A stretch of 28,483 nt of DNA, taken from the NCBI GenBank assembly GCA_964416155.1, contig CAYQCW010000004.1:1-28483 (forward strand), in the 5' to 3' direction. Shown one piece after another: positions 17,455 through 27,183 of the stretch. Numbering within the stretch: position 1 is the first letter of the stretch; each line of letters starts with the position of its first letter. The translations under genes were made by a program, and so were the position numbers. The notes beneath the pieces were generated by a model that searched no databases, was not told the origin of the DNA, and saw only the letters and a list, made by a program, of their open reading frames with translations. The stretch is from an uncultured Nitrososphaerota archaeon (GTDB lineage: Archaea > Thermoproteota > EX4484-205 > JAAOZP01).

Positions 17455-18885
17455 ATGATGGACAGGGCTAGGGTTTACAAGCAGATGGAGAAGGATTTCG
17501 AAAAACATGTTGAAAACCTTCTAATTTTCATCAGGCAGCCCTCGGTTTCGCCTCAGAACATCGGCGTGAGGGATGCTGCGGAGCTTCTGAGGGAAATGGC
17601 TGGCGGAGCAGGCTTCAGGAACACGAGGCTTGTAGAAACCTCTGGAAACCCGGTTGTATACGGGGAGCTTGACGTCGGCGCCCCCGTGACAATACTTGTC
17701 TATACGATGTACGACACGATGCCTGCTGACGAGCCAGGGTGGACCGTGGACCCTTTCGCGGGAGAGATACGGAGGGTTGAACCGTTCGGCGAAACCCTGA
17801 TAGCAAGGGGAGCGGTTAACACGAAGGGGCCTCTCATAGCCTTCCTAAACACTGTGAAGGCTATTTTTGAAAGCGGGCAGGAGCCACCGGTCAACCTGTT
17901 GTTCGCCGCGGAAGGCGAGGAGGAGCTTGGAAGCAAAAACCTGCCGGAGTTCATAGGAAAATATGAGAGCCGGCTTAAGAAGGCTGACGTAGTATTCTTC
18001 CCCAGCATCTGCCAGAATTCAAAGGGTAAGGCGATAGTGACACTGGGGGTTAAGGGGATTGTCTACTTCGAGCTTGAGCTAGACGGCAAGGAATGGGGGA
18101 AAGGCCCAACGGAGTTCGGCATACACGGCAGCAACAAGGCGTGGGTGGACAGCCCGGCTTGGAGAATGGTGAAGGCTCTTTCAACAATGGTTGATGAAAC
18201 AGGCAACAGGGTTCTCGTCGAAGGCTTCTACGACGACGTCAAGGTGCCCAGCGAGGAGGACGAGGCGCTTCTCGCCAGGCTGGCTGAAACCTTCGACGAG
18301 GAGGAGGTTAAGGAGAGGATGAAGGTGGAGCGCTTCATAAACGATCTCCACGGGGTTGAAGCCCTTAAGGAATACTTGTTCACACCGACTCTGAACATAG
18401 ACGGATTATGGTCGGGTTACACGGGGCCCGGCTCAAAGACGCTGCTGCCCCACAGGATGACTGTGAAGATGGATGTTAGGCTCGTGCCCAGCATGCAGGT
18501 TGAGAAAACGATGAGCCTGATTAGAAGCCACCTGGATAAGCATGGGTTCAGCGAGATAAGGATAAGGAGGCTTGAAGAAGGCTACAGCTGGGCGAGGATG
18601 AGCGTCAACTCGCCTTACACGAAGGCTCTTCTGAGAGCACTCGGCGAGTTCAACGTTGAGATCGAAATATGGCCAACCATAGCGGGGAGCGCACCGTTCT
18701 CAATGTTTGCAGCACCACCCCTCGGGCTTCCCTTCATAGTCGGAGGAATGGGCCATGGCGACTTGGCGCACTCGCCCAACGAGTACCTGGTCATAGGAGA
18801 AGGAGGTCCGACCGGGGGTCTTTTAACAATGGAGAAGTCTTTCGCTGCAATACTCGACAACGTTTCAACACTGAAGAACTTTTAG
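17455..18885 (+). CDS. M20/M25/M40 family metallo-hydrolase (dipeptidase/ArgE-DapE-like) with non-canonical ligand motifs
   Basis: GNPVVYGE, EGEEELGS, LGVKG, IHGS, PTLNIDG..SGYTGPGSKT, AHSPNE; start inferred about 24 nt after TTTATA (17425-30). Confidence 0.92.
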   Translation: MMDRARVYKQMEKDFEKHVENLLIFIRQPSVSPQNIGVRDAAELLREMAGGAGFRNTRLVETSGNPVVYGELDVGAPVTILVYTMYDTMPADEPGWTVDPFAGEIRRVEPFGETLIARGAVNTKGPLIAFLNTVKAIFESGQEPPVNLLFAAEGEEELGSKNLPEFIGKYESRLKKADVVFFPSICQNSKGKAIVTLGVKGIVYFELELDGKEWGKGPTEFGIHGSNKAWVDSPAWRMVKALSTMVDETGNRVLVEGFYDDVKVPSEEDEALLARLAETFDEEEVKERMKVERFINDLHGVEALKEYLFTPTLNIDGLWSGYTGPGSKTLLPHRMTVKMDVRLVPSMQVEKTMSLIRSHLDKHGFSEIRIRRLEEGYSWARMSVNSPYTKALLRALGEFNVEIEIWPTIAGSAPFSMFAAPPLGLPFIVGGMGHGDLAHSPNEYLVIGEGGPTGGLLTMEKSFAAILDNVSTLKNF

Positions 18886-18888
18886 CAG

Positions 18889-19253
18889 TCACCTGAGCTT
18901 AAGCTTGTGACCCTCTATCTCGATCGTTTTGCCCGAGTAAGGCTCTGGAAGCCTGTCGAGATACTTGGCTAGCTCAAGCATGTTAAGGGTCTCGTATCCC
19001 CTGCGTATGAGGAATTCGAATGAACCTATGCTCCAGGTGGCTTACGCGAATATACGCCGCGCCCTCCCCCGCTGCTCTAGCCTCATGCTCCACCCTGTTG
19101 AAACAGCATGTCGTCATACCCGTGTTCCGCATATTCCTTCTCAACCCACTCGTACTCTATGAAAAACACTCCGCCGTATCTGACGGCGTAGCTGATGAAG
19201 CCGCGCGAAGCCATTCGGGGAGCGTTGAACTCAAACTCACGTAAAGTAATCAC
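18889..19253 (-). pseudogene. Frameshifted GNAT family N-acetyltransferase
   Basis: Three consecutive frames join as VITLREF...GFISYAVRYGGVFFIEYEWVEKEYAEHGYDDMLF / NRVEHEARAAGE / WSIGSFEFLIRRGYETLNMLELAKYL...GKTIEIEGHKLKLR*. Confidence 0.7.
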
Positions 19254-19616
19254 GATGCGAGAACACGAGTGGAAAGCATAAAAAACGAGTCTGCCTTAAA
19301 TATTCATTTACTTCTAAACGTTTGAAGGTGGGATGAGGATGGTTTGGCGGAAAAGAAAAAACAGGAGAAATATAGGCCGAGGGGAGTTCGCAGAGAATCC
19401 TGCAGTCATACAGGCGTCTCAAGCCGCATCTGCTTCACAGGTTGTTTACGATTACCTCTCAGTTTTAAACAGATCAAGCGCGAACCAGATGGGAGACAGA
19501 GCGCTGTAACGCGCGGCTTAAAGCTTAGCGCGCTGCTACATATTCTTTAAAAACATTTTCTACGCGTAGCCCCGGGTTTCTCAGCCTCAGCTTTAAAGGA
19601 GGCCCGCTTCATTGCT

Positions 19617-20477
19617 TCACACGGGTAGGCCTGCTTCCAGCCAGACTTTTTTCAAGGCTTCACCAGTAGTCTTCACAGCCTCCTCGGGGCTCATCCTGCT
19701 TACCTTCTCGCTGAAAGGCTCAGGGGTCACCGGGCCGTCGTAGCCAATGCTTTTCAAAGCCTTCAGGAAGCCTGTCAAGTTGATTACACCCGTCTCCCCG
19801 GGGAGACACCTAACGTTGTCGAGAAGCCTCTCTAAAGGCACGTTGACAGGAGCATCGTTAACATGCACGTAGGCAACATCCCTCCCGCGGAGCGTCAAAA
19901 TATCCCCGATGGTTCCCCTGGAAGCATACCAGTGCCAACTGTCCAGGAGGAGGCCAACGTTCCCATACTCCAATGCTCTGCACAATTCCATCATCCCGTT
20001 TAAATCATGGATGAAAACATGCTTACGGTTAGCCCTGAGAGACTCGGTGCCTATGAACTCAAGCCCGAGCATGCAGCCGTTGTCAGACAGGACTCTGGCC
20101 ACTGGCTTAAGCCGTGAAACATGCCAGTTGAAGTTCTCTTCGAAAGGTTTGTCGTCGGAGAAAGGCATTATGAAGGTGAAAGCCCTTGGGCAGCCTATTT
20201 CAGCAGCTAGGGAAGCCAGACGGCCGAGAACCGTTAACCCCTTCTCGTAAGCATGCTCGTCGCCACGCCAGTTGAAAGGCAGACCCCAGCCCCCGGGCCT
20301 TACCCCGGCTTCTTCAAAAAGGCTCCTCACGTAGCTGAGAGGTTTTTCCCCGACAAGCCTCGAGGCCTCAACCATGTCCACCTCGACGCCTTGAAAACCC
20401 CCGGTCCTGGCGAGCATAATGTTTTCAGACAGGGGTTTCTGAACACCTATGGCGCCGGGGCTCAGGTTTCTAAACAT
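19617..20477 (-). CDS. Sugar phosphate isomerase/epimerase (xylose isomerase-like TIM barrel)
   Basis: GFQGVE, LGLEF, GLLLDSWHW, YVHVND, R.LPGETG, IGYDGPVTPE; start inferred at MFRNLSPG. Confidence 0.92.
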   Translation of the reverse strand: MFRNLSPGAIGVQKPLSENIMLARTGGFQGVEVDMVEASRLVGEKPLSYVRSLFEEAGVRPGGWGLPFNWRGDEHAYEKGLTVLGRLASLAAEIGCPRAFTFIMPFSDDKPFEENFNWHVSRLKPVARVLSDNGCMLGLEFIGTESLRANRKHVFIHDLNGMMELCRALEYGNVGLLLDSWHWYASRGTIGDILTLRGRDVAYVHVNDAPVNVPLERLLDNVRCLPGETGVINLTGFLKALKSIGYDGPVTPEPFSEKVSRMSPEEAVKTTGEALKKVWLEAGLPV

Positions 20478-20541
20478 GTCTTTCAACGTGTTTTTAACCT
20501 TTAAAAGCATTTGGAACGAGAGCCTGAGAAGATTTGGGAAA

Positions 20542-21552
20542 CTAGCCTATTCGAATCCTTCTACCCGTGTTAACACTCTTAACGATGGCGTCAAGCGTTT
20601 TCAAAGCGTAGTAGGCATCCTCAGCGTCAGCGTGGGGGTGTTCCCATGAAAGAACGCTTTGAGCGAAGGCCTCGAGCTCCTCAACGTAGCCTGGGCGGGA
20701 GACACCTCGGTAGTGGCTCCCATGTTCAAAAACCAGCGTCTGAATAGCAGAGGGGTCAGTGGGTTCAATCCACCTTTTCTTGCTGGCATACCTCATTCTC
20801 TTAAACTGCTCAGCCTCAGCCCAGCCCCCGGTTCCCTGAACACTGACACGCTCGTAGAAGACCGGCGAGCAGCCGCCGAGCGTGAACGAGCCGACAGCGT
20901 CCGAGGAAAACCTTAGAGTGGCGGAGACAGCGAGCCTCCTGCCCTCCTCCGCCAGGCCGCTTGCCTCAGCCTCAACAACCCTTCCCCCGAGAAACTGGAG
21001 GCAGTCCATAGGGTGGATCGCCTGGTTAAGCATGAAGCCCCATTCGAAAGGCAGGTTCCAGGCGCCCTTTGTGTCGGGTGCGAGGTAGGTGGCTTCAACG
21101 CGGAAAACCTCTCCAAAAACCTCTTCCTCACAAATCATTTTAAGAGACCTGTGGACAGGCATGTGGCGCCAGTGGGTTCCAACCATGCAGATCCTCCCTG
21201 AAACCTTCATCGCCTCCATAAGCCTCCTAGCCCCCTCCAGGGTTAGAGACGGAGGCTTCTCCACGAAAACATGTAGCCCTCTTCTCAAGCATGAAACACC
21301 TGCTTCCTCATGAAGCTGAGGAGGACCGACAATTATGACAGCATCCGGAGACTCCTCCTCAACCATTTCAACGTAATCGGTATACCATTTTCTGGCTCCG
21401 AAACGTTTCACAGCCTCCATAGCCTTCTCCTCAACAAGGTCGCATGCAGCAACGTACTGGAACCTTGGGATCAAAGCTACAGCGGGCTGAAGGCTTTCAA
21501 TAGAGTGGTGGCCACAACCTATGAAACATACGCGAACCCTTTCCTCGCTCAT
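20542..21552 (-). CDS. Gfo/Idh/MocA family oxidoreductase
   Basis: FIGCG Rossmann motif, HVFVEKPP, NQAIHPMD. Confidence 0.93.
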   Translation of the reverse strand: MSEERVRVCFIGCGHHSIESLQPAVALIPRFQYVAACDLVEEKAMEAVKRFGARKWYTDYVEMVEEESPDAVIIVGPPQLHEEAGVSCLRRGLHVFVEKPPSLTLEGARRLMEAMKVSGRICMVGTHWRHMPVHRSLKMICEEEVFGEVFRVEATYLAPDTKGAWNLPFEWGFMLNQAIHPMDCLQFLGGRVVEAEASGLAEEGRRLAVSATLRFSSDAVGSFTLGGCSPVFYERVSVQGTGGWAEAEQFKRMRYASKKRWIEPTDPSAIQTLVFEHGSHYRGVSRPGYVEELEAFAQSVLSWEHPHADAEDAYYALKTLDAIVKSVNTGRRIRIG

Positions 21553-21993
21553 TTAAGAACCATTAATGTTAGTCAGTGTAAGAATTTAAGTGTTCCCGCA
21601 ATCAGTATAGTGCGTACAAGGCTTCTGAGAGCTGGAAGCAGCTTCGAAACCGGTTCTCCTAAGCCCATGATGCAGGACTGGGAATTTCGCCAAATATCTT
21701 CAAAAATCATGAAACTCGCCGCCGCCTCTCCATGGGAGAGCTATAGCTTGGGAACACCGTGCCCGTCTCACCCGTCATCCTCCAGCGCTGAAACGTGGCT
21801 AGGCCCGCGTGCTATGGGGCTTACCACCTAGTAGTGATGCCCGTATACGTAGAACAGGTTTTCTGGAAAAAGGTGAATTTTGCAGGAAGTTTTTCAGCTG
21901 TGAAATAGCTGGATATTTCCATCCGGCGGGTCAAGCCGTCTGGGAAAAACTTGGTTAAAGTTTAAGTACGCACCTCTAATCTATAACAGGGTT

Positions 21994-22998
21994 ATGATCG
22001 CGAGGAGTATTCTCGACCTAATAGGCAACACCCCCATGGTGCAGATCCAAAGGTTGAATCCTAATCAAAACGTAGAGTTATACGTCAAGCTCGAAAAGTT
22101 CAACGTAGGCGGGTCTGTGAAGGACAGGATAGCGAAGTACATGATAGAGCAAGCCGAGCGGACGGGCATTTTGACGAAGGAGAAGATCGTTATAGAGCCC
22201 ACGAGCGGAAACACTGGAATAGGTCTTGCGCTCGTCTGCCTGCTCAAGGGCTACAGGTGCGTGCTAGTCACGCCTGAGACCGCCACGCCGGAAAGGAGGA
22301 GGATACTCATGGCGTTAGGGGCAAAGATAGTGTTATCTCCAAAGGAGAAGGGCATGAACGGAGCCGAGGACCTCGCGAGGGAGATCGTTTCGAAAAACCC
22401 TGAAAAATACTTCATGCCCAACCAGTTTGCAAACCCTTACAACGTGCTCGCCCACTATGAGACTACAGCCGAGGAGATCTGGCGCGACACGCAGGGGAGG
22501 CTCACGCACTTCGTAGCTGGCATTGGGACCAGTGGAACGCTTATGGGCGTCTCCAAAAGGCTGAGGGAACTGAAAGCAAGCGTCAGGGTTATAGGTGTGC
22601 AGCCACATGGCAGCACGCCGATACCCGGTTTGAAGAACCTGGAAGTGCAGTATGTCCCCAAGATTTTTGACCCTTCCTTGGTCGACGAGATTCATACCGT
22701 CACCTACGAGGAGGCCGAGGAGACGGCGAGGCTGATGATTTTGTCTGAAGGATTGTTCGTGGGGCCGAGCTCTGGGGCAATATTCAAGGTCGCACTCCAG
22801 AAGGCTAAGGAGCTAGATAGGGGTGTAATAGTTTCAATGGCTCCTGACGGGGGGGAGAGATACCTGTCAACAAGCCTGTGCGACCCAGGGCTCTGCATCG
22901 AATGCGTGAAGAGGTACGGGTTGAGGTGTAGCTACCAAGACGGTAAACCAGTGTTACACTACTCGTCTATCCGGGCTGGAGACGGTATCGAGATATAA
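21994..22998 (+). CDS. PLP-dependent cysteine synthase (CysK/CysM family) with Cys-rich C-terminal extension
   Basis: IGNTPMV, GGSVKDRIA (PLP Lys), EPTSGNTGIGLA, NQFAN, GIGTSGT, GPSSGA, PDGGERYLS. Confidence 0.95.
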   Translation: MIARSILDLIGNTPMVQIQRLNPNQNVELYVKLEKFNVGGSVKDRIAKYMIEQAERTGILTKEKIVIEPTSGNTGIGLALVCLLKGYRCVLVTPETATPERRRILMALGAKIVLSPKEKGMNGAEDLAREIVSKNPEKYFMPNQFANPYNVLAHYETTAEEIWRDTQGRLTHFVAGIGTSGTLMGVSKRLRELKASVRVIGVQPHGSTPIPGLKNLEVQYVPKIFDPSLVDEIHTVTYEEAEETARLMILSEGLFVGPSSGAIFKVALQKAKELDRGVIVSMAPDGGERYLSTSLCDPGLCIECVKRYGLRCSYQDGKPVLHYSSIRAGDGIEI

Positions 22999-23223
22999 TG
23001 TGCATTGACGTTAATCCTTTATGTCCGACTTGACAACAGTGGCATAAAACTCGATAACCCTGGTCACCCTAATAAAGCCAGTTTACAACTAGCATTTTTC
23101 TGACGTATGCGCACGCTTAAGAATCTTCGTGTCAAGGGGTAACATAGCCGTAAACTATCCGTTTTATCTCCAAGATTTCGAAAACTATCAAGCAGGTGGC
23201 TTAGGAGCGCTTGCGAGAGTATC

Positions 23224-23252
23224 AGCAGGATGAGCCCTGGGGAAGCTGTGAA
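23224..23252 (+). repeat. 29-bp intergenic near-copy (26/29) of the reverse complement of 19672-19700
   Basis: AGCAGGATGAGCCCTGGGGAAGCTGTGAA versus AGCAGGATGAGCCCCGAGGAGGCTGTGAA (isomerase coding strand). Confidence 0.6.
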
Positions 23253-23392
23253 ACCACGATTTTAACGGCTGTTTTCGAAGCGTCGCGGCTTCGTTTAAAC
23301 GGCTCTGAGAAACGCTTTTTCTCGCACGCCCTGTCTTTACGCTGTGTGGAGCCGCTAAGTAAAAAGCTTAATAATCTGTTAATCTTGACTAA

Positions 23393-24142
23393 TTGTTAAG
23401 GTTGTGGTTGCCAGCCTGGCTTGGGGAGGTTTATTCGAGGCTCTACCTAAAGTTTGAAAGCGAACTATTCACCTTCAATGATGCCTTAAAGTTCCTCCAG
23501 ACGGGTGAAAACAGGCTTTCAGTAGCGTTCAGCAGGCTTCACAAGAACAGGCTTCTCCTGGTTTTCAACGGGGGGAGGCCGCGGCAATACAGGCTTCTCG
23601 ATCCACAAGGCCTAATCCTCCTAGCCTCCGGCATCATCGTAAACGTGGACCGGGTTCCACAGGAAAGGTATGTTAAGGCGTTGTGCGACGCTTTCCGGGT
23701 TCTTTCACGCTCTCTGAGGCTGACTTCCCTTGCCTTATACGGCTCCGTCGCCCGTGGGACAGCTGGGGAGAACAGCGACATAGACCTGCTTGTCGTTTCT
23801 AACGATTTCTCCGGGAGCATCGGGAGGAGGATGGAAATGCTTACCCAGCTGGAGGGGAAGCTTGAAGACGAGTTGGCGTGGCTCAGGAGGCACTGCGTCT
23901 ACACTGGTTTCAGCTTCTACCCTTTGACTGAAGAGGAGGCTTCAAGGAAGCCTTTGCTCTTCATCGACATGACTGAGGACGCTGTTATTCTTTACGATGA
24001 GAACCGGTTTTTGGAGAGGGTTTTGACGGAGTTTAAGGCTGAGCTGCTTAGGCTCGGCGCGAAAAGGGTTTTCATCGACAAGGAGAGCTGGTACTGGGAC
24101 CTGAAGCCCAGCTACAGGTTTGGGGAGGAGATAATGGTTTGA
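23393..24142 (+). CDS. Minimal nucleotidyltransferase (MNT) antitoxin-like protein with N-terminal winged-helix-like extension
   Basis: LYGSVARG...SDIDLLVV (GS-x10-DxD) motif; about 80-aa N-terminal helix/wing region; overlaps the HEPN gene (TTGA). Confidence 0.88.
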   Translation: MLRLWLPAWLGEVYSRLYLKFESELFTFNDALKFLQTGENRLSVAFSRLHKNRLLLVFNGGRPRQYRLLDPQGLILLASGIIVNVDRVPQERYVKALCDAFRVLSRSLRLTSLALYGSVARGTAGENSDIDLLVVSNDFSGSIGRRMEMLTQLEGKLEDELAWLRRHCVYTGFSFYPLTEEEASRKPLLFIDMTEDAVILYDENRFLERVLTEFKAELLRLGAKRVFIDKESWYWDLKPSYRFGEEIMV

Positions 24143-24561
24143 GGCTCCTCAGGATTGCCCAATCATACTTGAAGCAGGCGGGGGCGAGGCTCAGCGATGC
24201 TGAAGACGCGTACAGGGAGGGGAACCATCCTTATGCTGTGAGGCTGAGCCAGGAGTGCGTTGAGCTCTCTCTGAAAGCGGTTCTCAAGGCTGTTGGAATA
24301 GAGTATCCGAAAGTCCATGATGTTTCAAGCATCCTCCTTAGCGTTGAGCAAAGGTTTCCGGAGTGGTTTAGAAAAGAGTTGGAGCATCTTTCCGAATCCT
24401 CCAGGATCCTGGTTAAGAAGAGGGAGGCAAGCTTCTACGGGGGCGAGGAAGCATTCCTGTCCCCGGATGAAGTAATCGGGGAGGAGGATGCTGGGGATGC
24501 TGTCGAGAGGGCTGAGAATGCTTTCACCCTTTGCAGAAAACTGGTGGAGGAGCTCGACTGA
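24139..24561 (+). CDS. HEPN domain protein (MNT-associated)
   Basis: A..YL..A..RL..A, SQECVELSLKAVL, YPKVHDV, REASFYG (R-x4-Y). Confidence 0.93.
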   Translation: MRLLRIAQSYLKQAGARLSDAEDAYREGNHPYAVRLSQECVELSLKAVLKAVGIEYPKVHDVSSILLSVEQRFPEWFRKELEHLSESSRILVKKREASFYGGEEAFLSPDEVIGEEDAGDAVERAENAFTLCRKLVEELD

Positions 24562-24789
24562 GTAAAACCTGAGACAGATGCCTCTTTATCTAGATTCATT
24601 AAAACTACCGTTTCCAACGCGATTCACACTATTGGAAAACGTGAGTAAACTGAGCATGCTTGGCCCATACGTCTCTCAAACCATTTCCACGGACAGACAT
24701 CTTGCAGAGCTGGACAAGATAGAAGTTCCATACAGTTCGGCTTATCATCTATCCCTTCAAGCCAGATCGACGAGCGTGTTAAGAAAAAG

Positions 24790-25145
24790 CGTGCGCTCAA
24801 TCTCGCTCGACAGAAGCTTAAGAGGAGCCGCTGACGTAAACCTGAATATTCTCAGTATCGCACGCTAACGTCAAGCATACGCCTCAAGTTCTCTGGAGCA
24901 CAGCCGACTAACAGGCTGCTTTCAAGATTAACATATAGTATCCTGCTCTCATCCACGTTGCTCTCCAGCAGCCCCCTTATGATTTGAAACATGAAGAAAG
25001 TCTCACCGGCTCTCCTAGGCCCAATTATCGGTATGGTTCTTCTAACCGGAAGATCGGCTCAACCCTAAGCTCTTTCAATAAGCCTAGGCGGCGCAAGCTC
25101 CTAGAAATCCTTGATGATTCTTATCCATGTATCCCCAGTTATCAT
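24790..25145 (-). pseudogene. Decayed AAA_14/DUF4143-type archaeal ATPase (N-terminal part)
   Basis: MITGDTWIRIIKDF*ELAPPRLIER...RRTIPIIGPRRAGETFFMFQ...RILYVNLE, then DTENIQVYVSGSS/KLLSSEI after a gap; stops, frameshifts and Walker A K->E. End approximate. Confidence 0.8.
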
Positions 25146-25257
25146 CGTGCTCCATATAGGGAAACTATTTTGAAAAGTTTCACTCTTTAAAGAACAAAAA
25201 TGGCCGCCGGAGAAAGCTGAATAGAAACAGCGATTAGGCGCGTAAGATTTTCCTAGC

Positions 25258-25947
25258 CTAACGGGTTTTTCCAGGCCGGCGTTTCCTCTGTCTCAACAGC
25301 CATTCGTAGAGTCTTGGGTTATCGTAGGTGACTGTCCACGAGTCGTGACCCAGGTCAGGATAGATCGTTAGTCTCACTTTCCCCCCAATTTTCTTAAGAG
25401 CCTCGTAAAGCTGCTTCGAGTTGTCAACGGGCACAAGCTCATCCTTAGCACCGTGGAAAATCCAGATCGGAATTTCTTTCAAAGCCATGATCCGTTCTTG
25501 AAACTTTTCATCGGGAAACATTCCGCCGCAGATTGGGACAACGGCGGCGAAGAGCTCGGGATAGGCGGAGGCTAGGTGCCAGGCTCCGAAACCACCCATG
25601 CTCAGCCCAGTAAGGTAGATACGCGTCTCGTCGATACGGTACCGTTTCAAAGCGTCCAGGAGCAGGTCGCGAAGCTCATCCACCATCACTGGCCACATGG
25701 AGTATGACGGGCACTGAGGCGATATGGCGATGAACGGGAAACCAGGTTTCTCCTCAACGATCTTCGGGATCCCGTGCTTCTTCACAAGCTCAAGATTATC
25801 ACCCCTCTCCCCCATTCCGTGCAGGAAAAGAATCGTGGGCCACTTAGCATCAGGCTTCCTATCGTAGTCTTTAGGAAGGTAGAGCAAGTATTTGATGGAA
25901 ACCTTCTTAACAACCTCTTCTTCAAACACTTTCGCAGTCTGACTCAT
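25258..25947 (-). CDS. Alpha/beta hydrolase (predicted peptidase / carboxylesterase family)
   Basis: LFLHGMGERG, SPQCP, YLTGLSMGG nucleophile elbow, FHGAKD and GHDSW catalytic Asp/His. Confidence 0.93.
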   Translation of the reverse strand: MSQTAKVFEEEVVKKVSIKYLLYLPKDYDRKPDAKWPTILFLHGMGERGDNLELVKKHGIPKIVEEKPGFPFIAISPQCPSYSMWPVMVDELRDLLLDALKRYRIDETRIYLTGLSMGGFGAWHLASAYPELFAAVVPICGGMFPDEKFQERIMALKEIPIWIFHGAKDELVPVDNSKQLYEALKKIGGKVRLTIYPDLGHDSWTVTYDNPRLYEWLLRQRKRRPGKTR

Positions 25948-26761
25948 AAACCGTTATATACTGAACCGGATTTATATAAACATAGGGTCTGAGACCGCCC
26001 AACTGTTTTTGCAGACGCGTGTCGCTATCGTGAATCATCGTGCTTGCGGCATCCGAAGGCCTATGGAATAGGCCGTTTTAGAGAGGGTTTAGCCCTTGTT
26101 CCTCCAGAAGGAGACGGCAACAAAAATTAGTGCCCCGTGCACATGAGACTATAGTGTGTGCGCTTTACCAGCTTCTCCTGCCAAGACTTTCTTCTGTAGT
26201 CCTTAGCGTCTCGGCCTCTTATTTCCTCGGAACCAGGTTCATACCTACTTATATGCGTTTTTAAAAACTTAGAAAGGCTGGAGACCACCTAACTTAATGT
26301 TAAGCCAGCGGAGCATGCTGCAGAGCGCATGGGGAAGGCTGCTAGAATTCTCAGCTTAATGGGGAAACTTGAAAAATGGCTTAACCTCTCTGCAAGAATA
26401 GCGAAAAGCTGTGAAGAATAAGAGGCTTGTTTTAACAAGCTGGAATCCGTGTAATAATCTTTTAAACAAGGCTTCATGATTCTCTCCTCTGTCTAAGTGA
26501 AACAGGCTAAAGACTTGAAAAAAGAAAAAGACTAAGAGTATGCTATTTCTTGCCGCAGCAATCCTTGTATTTCTTACCGCTTCCACATGTGCAGGGGTCG
26601 TTCGACTTAGGTTTCTTACTGCCTTTTCCTCCACAGGGCATTTTCGATCACATTGTTTTCGCGAAAAACATTTTTAAACTTTAACTCGCCGCTTACTGAA
26701 AAACGCGTTTCTGAAAGAAGCCTTTTAAAGCTCGCACGCTATTAAGCTGGAAACCCGGTTT

Positions 26762-27109
26762 TCACCGGGCGCGTCCGAAATATTTTTCAGCCGGGTATTT
26801 CTCCTCGTTTTTCTCAAGCTTTCTGAACATGGCTTCCGACAGGTCTATGCCTAGGGCGTTCGCCATGCTTAGACAGTAGATTAAAACGTCGGCCAACTCA
26901 TCTCTAATGCTCTCCATTTTCACAGGATTATTCCTCCAGCTTGAAGCCTCCTCCACGGTGGACCACTGGAAGACCTCGAGTAACTCTGCCGCCTCGATGC
27001 ATACTGCTTCAGCAAGATCCTTAGGATTATGATACCTCTCCCAGCCCCTGTTGGAAACGAATTCTCTAACCCGGTTCTTCAACACTTGAAGCGTAACTTC
27101 CGAGTCCAT
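26762..27109 (-). CDS. MazG-like nucleotide pyrophosphohydrolase (dCTPase/RS21-C6-like)
   Basis: RGWERYHNPKDLA...EAAELLEVFQW...DELADV...K..KN..KYP; start inferred at MDSEV (ORF track 27124). Confidence 0.92.
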   Translation of the reverse strand: MDSEVTLQVLKNRVREFVSNRGWERYHNPKDLAEAVCIEAAELLEVFQWSTVEEASSWRNNPVKMESIRDELADVLIYCLSMANALGIDLSEAMFRKLEKNEEKYPAEKYFGRAR

Positions 27110-27183
27110 CCGCCTGCTTTCCAAGCCGGGATAACAGTTGCAGCCCTACATTTAAACAGTTCGCCATATTTAGCTCTTGAGAT

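Noticed and set aside
21620-21885. Possible minus-strand gene remnant (IHLFPENLFYVYGHHY*...)
   Set aside because: Multiple stops and only vague family resemblance; needs BLASTx.
26058-26074. GGCCTAT-GGA-ATAGGCC hairpin followed by GTTTT as a terminator
   Set aside because: No plus-strand gene ends there; a single 7-bp stem is weak evidence.
26289-26634. Overlapping minus-strand ORFs of 92 and 62 aa
   Set aside because: No recognisable motifs; possibly a frameshifted remnant, not called.
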